From Robiginitalea sp. (lineage in GTDB: Bacteria; Bacteroidota; Bacteroidia; Flavobacteriales; Flavobacteriaceae): DNA of 64,000 nt. The position numbers and the translations under genes are program-made. Positions 57,705 through 64,000 of the stretch are shown here, piece by piece (position 1 is the first letter of the stretch; the number at the start of each line of letters is the position of its first letter). Under the pieces are notes generated by a model. It saw only the letters and a list, made by a program, of their open reading frames with translations, ran no database searches and was not told the DNA's origin. The DNA lies in the NCBI GenBank assembly GCA_050289825.1, contig JBNKGM010000006.1:13298-77297 (forward strand). Reading direction: 5' to 3'.

Positions 57705-57731
57705 AGACCCTTCATCTCGGGAAGTGTTACA
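57705..57731 (-). promoter_or_regulatory. Candidate ECF-sigma promoter TGTAAC-N17-GTCT for the DUF5916 gene
   Basis: Both elements are present with ECF-like spacing, and there is no TAnnTTTG box on that strand nearby. Confidence 0.4.
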
Positions 57732-57819
57732 CGCTTTTCACGCTTCGGGGAAATTTTAACACCCTCGGGGCGAGGGTGCAAAAAGATGGGGCAGTCAAAA
57801 AAATATTGCCCTGCAGCCA

Positions 57820-57850
57820 TTTGTAATTCAACTTAATAATTGTACATTTG
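57820..57850 (+). promoter_or_regulatory. rplM-rpsI promoter (TTTG-N19-TACATTTG)
   Basis: Both the -33 and -7 Bacteroidota elements with canonical spacing. Confidence 0.75.
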
Positions 57851-57898
57851 CAGCCCATTATTCGGGATTGAAGTGTTTAATGCAATAAATAATAGGTA

Positions 57899-58354
57899 GT
57901 GGATACACTGAGCTACAAGACAATATCTGCCAACAGAAACACCGTGAAAAAGGAGTGGTTGCTGGTAGACGCCGATGGTCAGCCCCTGGGCCGGCTCGCT
58001 TCCAAAGTGGCCAAGATTCTTCGCGGGAAATACAAGCCGGATTTCACCCCCCACGTAGACTGCGGCGACAACGTGGTAATCATCAATGCAGCCAAAGTTG
58101 CCCTGAGCGGCAACAAAATGGACGATAAAAAGTACATCCGGTACACCGGGTACCCGGGTGGTCAGCGCGTTCAGACTGCGCGCGAGCTGCTCGATAAAAA
58201 ACCGGAAGCCCTGGTTGAAAAAGCCGTGAAAGGGATGCTTCCCAAGAACAAGCTGGGTGCAGACCTGTTCCGCAACCTGCGGGTTTACGCCGGAACCGAG
58301 CACGATCAGGAAGCTCAGAAACCGAAGGCCATCAACTTAAACGACCTCAAATAA
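57899..58354 (+). CDS. rplM: 50S ribosomal protein L13 (GTG start)
   Basis: LGRLAS, TPHVDCGDNVVIINA, VKGMLPKN. Confidence 0.98.
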   Translation: MDTLSYKTISANRNTVKKEWLLVDADGQPLGRLASKVAKILRGKYKPDFTPHVDCGDNVVIINAAKVALSGNKMDDKKYIRYTGYPGGQRVQTARELLDKKPEALVEKAVKGMLPKNKLGADLFRNLRVYAGTEHDQEAQKPKAINLNDLK

Positions 58355-58740
58355 TGGACGTAGTACACAAAATCGGAAGACGGAAAAAAGCGATTGCCCG
58401 GGTTTACCTTACCCCTGGCAAAGGTGCCTTTACTATTAACAAGCGCGACATTGCCAATTATTTTCCGACTGCCACACTTCAATATAAGGTGAAACAACCT
58501 TTCACCCTTACCGATACAGTTGACGCATACGACGTAAATGTGAATGTTTACGGAGGCGGGATTACCGGTCAGGCCGAAGCCGTTCGCCTGGCGCTTTCCA
58601 GAGCCCTTTGCGAAATCGACGCAGAAAACCGCGGTACTCTGAAGCCGGAAGGCCTGCTGACCCGCGACCCGAGAATGGTGGAACGCAAGAAATTCGGACA
58701 GAAAAAAGCCCGTAAGAAGTTCCAGTTCTCAAAACGTTAA
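58354..58740 (+). CDS. rpsI: 30S ribosomal protein S9
   Basis: GRRKKAIARV, GGGITGQAEAVR, QFSKR C-terminus. Confidence 0.98.
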   Translation: MDVVHKIGRRKKAIARVYLTPGKGAFTINKRDIANYFPTATLQYKVKQPFTLTDTVDAYDVNVNVYGGGITGQAEAVRLALSRALCEIDAENRGTLKPEGLLTRDPRMVERKKFGQKKARKKFQFSKR

Positions 58741-58749
58741 GAAGGATCT

Positions 58750-58783
58750 TTCCCCTGCCTCAGGGCAGGGGAACCCTTTTCTT
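58750..58783 (+). terminator. Terminator-like hairpin after rpsI
   Basis: TTCCCCTGCC-TCAG-GGCAGGGGAA followed by CCCTTTTCTT. Confidence 0.6.
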
Positions 58784-58899
58784 GATTATAAAAAGCCGCC
58801 TGAAGCGGCAATTCGTTAACCAAGTTCCTTGAAACGATCTCTTCGGAGAGACTAGTTCCCGATCGCGTAAAGCCTGTAAAAAGGCCTTTTCGATCACAT

Positions 58900-58997
58900 T
58901 TAGTTTAGCATCTAAATGGCAGAGGCATGCTGCGGCACTACCGCTTGCGGCTACCACTTTGTCATTGCTCATTCAAAGAACGTAAACTAAGTTAAAA
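58900..58997 (+). promoter_or_regulatory. Candidate structured rpsB 5' leader
   Basis: Nested pairings TTAGTTTA/TAAACTAA, AGCA/TGCT and AATGGCAGA/TTTGTCATT, ending 7 nt before the ATG. Confidence 0.5.
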
Positions 58998-60119
58998 ATG
59001 GCTGCAAAAGCTGAAGTTAAAAACCTCCTTGAGGCCGGGGTGCATTTTGGCCACCTCACCCGCAAATGGAATCCCAACATGGCTCCCTACATCTACATGG
59101 AGCGCAACGGGATTCACGTTATCAACCTGTACAAAACCGTCGCCAAGCTCGACGAAGCCTGCGAGGCGCTGAAAAAGATCTCAGCCTCAGGCCGCAAAAT
59201 TCTCTTTGTTGCTACCAAGAAGCAAGCCAAAGACATTGTGGCTAAAAAGGTATCTGAAGTAAACATGCCTTACATTACCGAGCGCTGGCCCGGTGGGATG
59301 CTCACCAACTTTGTGACCATCCGTAAAGCGGTGAAGAAGATGACCTCCATCGACCGCATGAAGAAAGATGGCACCTTCAACACCCTTTCCAAGAAGGAAC
59401 GCCTTCAGGTAGAACGTCTGCGCGCCAAGCTCGAGAAAAACCTGGGGTCCATCGCCGACATGACCCGTCTGCCGGGCGCCCTCTTTATCGTCGACACCAT
59501 GCGCGAGCACATTGCCGTGAAAGAGGCCCAGAAACTGAATATCCCGATTTTCGCCATGGTCGATACCAACTCCGACCCCCGGCCTATTGATTTCGTGATC
59601 CCGGCCAACGACGACGCATCGAAGTCTATCGAAATCATCATGGAAATCGTAGCCAACGCCGTTGCCGAAGGTCTGGCTGAGCGCAAGTCTGACAAGGCTT
59701 CTGACCGCGATGAAGAGGAAGAAGACATCCTGGTAGAAGAAGACACCGATGCCGGTTACGACGAGGATGAGTCTGATGAGGAGGAAACCCCCGAAGTTGC
59801 CGAAGTCGAAGAGGACGAAGACGTGGAGCCTGTGAAAATACCGGCCCCCAAAGCCAAAAAAGTTTCAGCCCAGGACCTGACCAAGATCGAAGGGATTGGC
59901 CCCAAGGCCGCTGAGGCCCTGATCAAAGCCGGAATTGGCACCTATGCTGCCCTGGCCGACGCCACCCCTGAACAAATCAAGGAAATCCTGACCGAAGCCA
60001 GCTCACGCATGGCCCACCTCGACCCGACTTCCTGGCCGAAGCAAGCCGTAATGGCTGCCAGCGGAGAGTGGGAGGCCCTGAAGGAGTGGCAAGACAATGC
60101 CAAAGGAGGCGTAGAGTAA
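58998..60119 (+). CDS. rpsB: 30S ribosomal protein S2 with acidic linker and C-terminal helix-hairpin-helix (DUF4332-like) domain
   Basis: LLEAGVHFGH, RWPGGMLTNF and DTNSDP...PANDDA motifs, plus an extension of about 145 aa. Confidence 0.97.
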   Translation: MAAKAEVKNLLEAGVHFGHLTRKWNPNMAPYIYMERNGIHVINLYKTVAKLDEACEALKKISASGRKILFVATKKQAKDIVAKKVSEVNMPYITERWPGGMLTNFVTIRKAVKKMTSIDRMKKDGTFNTLSKKERLQVERLRAKLEKNLGSIADMTRLPGALFIVDTMREHIAVKEAQKLNIPIFAMVDTNSDPRPIDFVIPANDDASKSIEIIMEIVANAVAEGLAERKSDKASDRDEEEEDILVEEDTDAGYDEDESDEEETPEVAEVEEDEDVEPVKIPAPKAKKVSAQDLTKIEGIGPKAAEALIKAGIGTYAALADATPEQIKEILTEASSRMAHLDPTSWPKQAVMAASGEWEALKEWQDNAKGGVE

Positions 60120-60181
60120 TCGCGCCCCGCAAACATCTTTTATAAACGGGATGCCCAGGCATCTCACAAAACCATTCAGAA

Positions 60182-61006
60182 ATGGCAAATATTACCGCCG
60201 CAGATGTCAATAAATTAAGAAAAATGACCGGTGCAGGAATGATGGACTGCAAGAAAGCCCTGGTGGAAGCCGCTGGCGATTTTGAGAAAGCCATCGAAAT
60301 CCTCCGGAAGAAAGGCCAGAAAGTTGCTGCCAACCGCGCCGACCGCGAGTCGTCAGAAGGGGCTGCAATCGCTAAGGTGAATGCCGGCCATACCGAAGGG
60401 GTCATTATTTCCCTGAACTGTGAAACAGATTTCGTGGCCAAGAACGAGAGCTTTGTAACACTGGCCAACGACCTGGCCGAACTGGCCCTCTCTTGCGACA
60501 CCCTTGACAAATTCCTGGCGGCCAATTTCAAAGGCCTGAGCGTGCAGGAGAAACTCATGGAGCAGACCGGAGTAATCGGCGAGAAAATCGAGATCGGAGG
60601 CTTCAGCAAACTCAGCGCTCCTTTCGTGGGCTCCTACATCCATGCCGGAAATAAGATCGCTACCCTGGTAGGTCTTTCTGCCGCCGTTAACGGGGCCGAA
60701 GTGGCAGCCAAGGATGTGGCCATGCAGGCAGCAGCTATGAACCCGGTAGCCCTCGATGAGAAATCGGTAGACCCTTCTATCATCGAAAAGGAGATCGAGA
60801 TCGCCAAAGACCAGCTGCGCCAGGAAGGCAAGCCTGAGGCCATGCTCGACCAGATCGCCAAAGGCAAGCTCAACCGCTTCTTTAAAGACAATACCCTGGT
60901 GAACCAGGATTTCATCAAAGACAGCAAGATGAGCGTAGACCAGTACGTAAAATCGGTAGACAAGAACTTGTCGGTTACCGGTTTTGCCCGGGTTGCCCTG
61001 GGTTAA
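60182..61006 (+). CDS. tsf: Elongation factor Ts
   Basis: LRKMTGAGMMDCKKAL, NCETDFVAKN. Confidence 0.98.
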   Translation: MANITAADVNKLRKMTGAGMMDCKKALVEAAGDFEKAIEILRKKGQKVAANRADRESSEGAAIAKVNAGHTEGVIISLNCETDFVAKNESFVTLANDLAELALSCDTLDKFLAANFKGLSVQEKLMEQTGVIGEKIEIGGFSKLSAPFVGSYIHAGNKIATLVGLSAAVNGAEVAAKDVAMQAAAMNPVALDEKSVDPSIIEKEIEIAKDQLRQEGKPEAMLDQIAKGKLNRFFKDNTLVNQDFIKDSKMSVDQYVKSVDKNLSVTGFARVALG

Positions 61007-61024
61007 GAATCCGCTTAAACACTC

Positions 61025-61059
61025 AAAAAAAAGCCACCCGCAAGCAGGTGGCTTTTTTT
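61025..61059. terminator. Bidirectional terminator between tsf and the M61 peptidase gene
   Basis: A8-GCCACC...GGTGGC-T7. Confidence 0.85.
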
Positions 61060-61076
61060 ATGCAGCCGGCTCAACC

Positions 61077-62945
61077 CTATCCCTTCAGCCAGGCCTGGCG
61101 CAGCTGCAGCTGGGCTCCGGTGGCGTTGGGGTCGGGGGTGATGCGCGTCTCAATATAGGTGGGCGTCCCGGCCTTGCCCCTGAGGGTCAGGGTCTCCCCG
61201 TTTCGTTCCACCACCATGGTAACATCTGTATCAGGGGTCCAGGCAAAGCTCTGCCCAATAACGGCCCGAATGCCGTCGAGGTTTATCGCGGTGCCGTTGA
61301 TTTCCCTGATCACATCCCCTCCCTGGGCACCGAGGCCCTCGAAAAAGGTGTTCAGGGCAATGCCCTCGCGCACGAAGATGACATCCGTATTGGCCGGGTC
61401 TACGTCAATAAAGGGAATCTGGCTTGACATATCGGTCAGGAAATAACTACTCTCTACCTGAGATTCGCCCAGGGTGAGGCCTGCCTTTTCCAAAAGGGAA
61501 ACATAGTCAATCGGGGTATCGCCGATAACATAGGTGTCGAAAAAGGCCCGGATTTCAGGGTAGGTCATGGCCACGATCTCATCGAACAGGGCATCGTCTT
61601 TAAAAGGCGTGTTGGTGTCGTATTTGGCCGACAGCCGGCGCATCAGATCGAGCACGCCATTACTGCCCCCGCTGAGTTCGCGCAGTCGCAGGTCGAGGGC
61701 CATGTTGATCAGGGCCCCTTTTTCGTAGACGTTTGCGTATTCGTCTTTGTAGGGTTCTTCAAGCACATGCCGGCTCATTTCAGTAAAGGACAGGCTGTCG
61801 TTGAACCGGCGCGAATTCATGATTTTGCCAAACATGCGACGGTAGAATTCCGTCTCGTCTATTAGCCCCTCCCGCACCTGAAAGAGGTTGGCAAAGTACT
61901 CGGTGGTGCCCTCGTACATCCAGAGGTGCTGTGACATTTTGGGGTTGTTGTAGTCGAAGTACTGGATTTCCTCCGAATGCACATTGAGCGGGGTAACGGT
62001 GTGGAAAAATTCGTGGGAAACCACGTCGATCATAGCCTCTTCGAGCTGGGGGCCCGGCATTTGTTCGGGCATCACCACCACGGTAGAGGTATGGTGCTCC
62101 AGAGCCCCAAAGCCCAGGGCATCTTCGTCCATGGTGGAGAGGTACAGCAAGATGTTGTACTTCTTGGTGCCGCTGATCGGGCCCAGGAAGGCCTTCTGTG
62201 CCTGCATCATACGTTCCATGGCCGGCTTCAGGTCGCTGGCCGAGTAAACCATGTTGGGCGAATACACGCTCAGGTACACGGTGATGTCGCCCACCTGGAA
62301 TGAGGCCGGGGCCGTACCCGAAAACTGGATGGGGTTATCGATAACCTCGAAATACCGGGAGGCGTGGAACTGGTAGTTCCCGTCGGCGCCCTGGTTCCAC
62401 GACAGGGAGGTGGCCGGGTACAGGTTGGCAGGTGCCGACATGCTGATTTCGTAGGGCCGCTCTTTGAGCCCCTGGAAATAACCGATAAAGCCGTGCAGGT
62501 TCAGCATGTAGTTCTGACCGGCCAGTATGTTAGTGCCGGCCGGGGAAAATGGTGCATCCTCTCCCCCACCCTCGGTATCAAAGGAGTCGTTTATAGCGTA
62601 GCTCACCCGGTCGAGGCTGGCGCCCTGGGCGATTAGCCAGGTGTTGTCGTCCTCGCGCACTACGGTAAGTTCGCCTCCCTTGTAGTCGTAGGCCTTCAGG
62701 TCTTGCACATACCGGCCGTAACTGTCTTCGCTATAAGTGCCGGGCACTGTTTTGGGGATGAAAAACCGCACGGGCCCTTCGGGAAAGGCTCCCGGGTTTA
62801 CGGCAACCTGCACCCGGTCGTCGGGTACATGCACCAGGTCTATTGTTACCTGCACAGGGGAATCCGCTGCGGAAGGAAGGCTGCGGGAAGCGCCACAACC
62901 AAACAGGAGCCCGGCAAGGAGCAGGGCTGCATAAACATGTTTCAT
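61077..62945 (-). CDS. M61 family metallopeptidase lipoprotein with PDZ domain
   Basis: Lipobox LFGC, GFGALEH, SHEFFH zinc motif, LWMYEGTTEY, YEKGAL. Confidence 0.9.
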   Translation of the reverse strand: MKHVYAALLLAGLLFGCGASRSLPSAADSPVQVTIDLVHVPDDRVQVAVNPGAFPEGPVRFFIPKTVPGTYSEDSYGRYVQDLKAYDYKGGELTVVREDDNTWLIAQGASLDRVSYAINDSFDTEGGGEDAPFSPAGTNILAGQNYMLNLHGFIGYFQGLKERPYEISMSAPANLYPATSLSWNQGADGNYQFHASRYFEVIDNPIQFSGTAPASFQVGDITVYLSVYSPNMVYSASDLKPAMERMMQAQKAFLGPISGTKKYNILLYLSTMDEDALGFGALEHHTSTVVVMPEQMPGPQLEEAMIDVVSHEFFHTVTPLNVHSEEIQYFDYNNPKMSQHLWMYEGTTEYFANLFQVREGLIDETEFYRRMFGKIMNSRRFNDSLSFTEMSRHVLEEPYKDEYANVYEKGALINMALDLRLRELSGGSNGVLDLMRRLSAKYDTNTPFKDDALFDEIVAMTYPEIRAFFDTYVIGDTPIDYVSLLEKAGLTLGESQVESSYFLTDMSSQIPFIDVDPANTDVIFVREGIALNTFFEGLGAQGGDVIREINGTAINLDGIRAVIGQSFAWTPDTDVTMVVERNGETLTLRGKAGTPTYIETRITPDPNATGAQLQLRQAWLKG

Positions 62946-63059
62946 GCTGGGAAAAATTTTGACAAGATTACCGAATTTAGGCGTTATGAAGCGTCAATTT
63001 TGGATTTATTTGACAGTTTGCCCATCTGGAAGTCGCCGTTAACATCTCATTATTTTGCT

Positions 63060-63067
63060 TATTTTTG
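63060..63067 (+). promoter_or_regulatory. -7 promoter box (TATTTTTG) for pyrH-frr
   Basis: Exact TAnnTTTG match 20 nt upstream of the ATG. Confidence 0.6.
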
Positions 63068-63087
63068 TGCCTAAATAAACCGATTTC

Positions 63088-63795
63088 ATGCAATACAAGC
63101 GGATCCTTCTGAAACTGAGTGGGGAAGCCCTGATGGGCGACCGGAATTACGGAATTGACCCGGGTCGCCTGGAGGCTTATGCCAGCGAGATCAAAGCCGT
63201 AGTTGGGAAAGGAGTCGAGGTAGCCATTGTAATCGGAGGGGGCAACATCTTTAGAGGTGTAGCCGGCGCCAGCAATGGCATGGACCGGGTACAGGGCGAC
63301 CACATGGGGATGCTGGCCACCATCATAAACGGCCTGGCGCTTCAATCGGCCCTGGAAAACATCGGGCTGGACACCCGCCTGCAATCGGCCATCAAAATCA
63401 ACGAAGTGGCGGAGCCCTTCATTCGCCGGCGCGCCATGCGGCACCTCGAAAAAGGCCGGGTGGTCATTTTCGGGGGAGGAACCGGCAACCCCTATTTCAC
63501 GACCGATTCGGCTGCCGTGCTGCGCGCCATTGAAATCGAGGCAGACGTTATTCTGAAAGGCACCCGGGTAGACGGCATCTACAGCAGCGACCCCGAGAAA
63601 GACAAGTCTGCCATCAAATTCGACACCATCAGCTTTAAGGATGTGCTGAGCCGGGGCCTGAAGGTAATGGATACCACGGCCTTCACCCTGAGCCAGGAAA
63701 ACGAGCTGCCCATTGTTGTATTCGATATGAACAAGCAGGGCAATCTGCTCAAAATTGTTTCCGGCGAGCCGATAGGTACTGTTGTAAACCTGTAA
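63088..63795 (+). CDS. pyrH: Uridylate kinase
   Basis: [30 protein letters not shown]. Confidence 0.98.
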   Translation: MQYKRILLKLSGEALMGDRNYGIDPGRLEAYASEIKAVVGKGVEVAIVIGGGNIFRGVAGASNGMDRVQGDHMGMLATIINGLALQSALENIGLDTRLQSAIKINEVAEPFIRRRAMRHLEKGRVVIFGGGTGNPYFTTDSAAVLRAIEIEADVILKGTRVDGIYSSDPEKDKSAIKFDTISFKDVLSRGLKVMDTTAFTLSQENELPIVVFDMNKQGNLLKIVSGEPIGTVVNL

Positions 63796-63840
63796 CTAAA
63801 AGAATAATAATAACCCTGCCACCGACAAAGCCAGACAGGT

Positions 63841-64000
63841 ATGAACGAAGAAGTAAGTTTTATCATTGAAGCCACACAAGACAGTATGGAAAAGGCCCTC
63901 CTCCACCTGGAGAAGGAACTGGTAAAGATTCGCGCCGGCAAAGCCAGCCCGGCCATGCTGGCTTCAGTAATGGTAGAGTATTACGGCAGCATGACGCCCC
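63841..64000 (+). CDS. frr: Ribosome recycling factor, N-terminal part; truncated by the window end
   Basis: Manual translation MNEEVSFIIEATQDSMEKALLHLEKELVKIRAGKASPAMLASVMVEYYGSMTP. Confidence 0.93.
   Translation, partial: MNEEVSFIIEATQDSMEKALLHLEKELVKIRAGKASPAMLASVMVEYYGSMTP

Overview
A 64-kb, mostly core-genome segment of a GC-rich Flavobacteriaceae (Bacteroidota) chromosome. A Robiginitalea-like source is my inference from base composition and gene order. Bacteroidota-type -7 promoter boxes (TAnnTTTG) precede many genes, and I used them to move several ORF-track starts downstream. Core content, left to right: cyoE (partial), tonB, a VanZ-family gene, gcvH, sprA (T9SS translocon), ruvA, maeB, queG, ruvB, the complete alternative complex III plus aa3 oxidase operon (actABCDEF-ctaC-ctaD), a SPOR gene, infB-nusA-rimP, tRNA-Gln, a DUF2723 GT-C protein, cutC and glycosylasparaginase, polA, rplM-rpsI, rpsB-tsf, pyrH and frr (partial). 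I found no integrase, transposase, CRISPR array, rRNA or clear pseudogene. Most notable observations: (1) two exported DsrE-fold proteins (one Tat, one Sec) next to a c-type cytochrome lipoprotein, with a 9-bp direct-repeat operator upstream, a candidate periplasmic sulfur/redox module. (2) Related helix-hairpin-helix domains fused to the C-termini of both ActC and ribosomal protein S2. (3) A PhzS-like flavin monooxygenase, a signal-peptide-bearing DUF3237 protein and an aromatic-acid MFS transporter beside tRNA-Gln. (4) A PEP carboxykinase that resembles the fungal/plant type. (5) An unannotated 29-aa membrane microprotein, a cysteine-less thioredoxin, and structured leaders upstream of rimP and rpsB. 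All family assignments come from motif recognition, not database searches.
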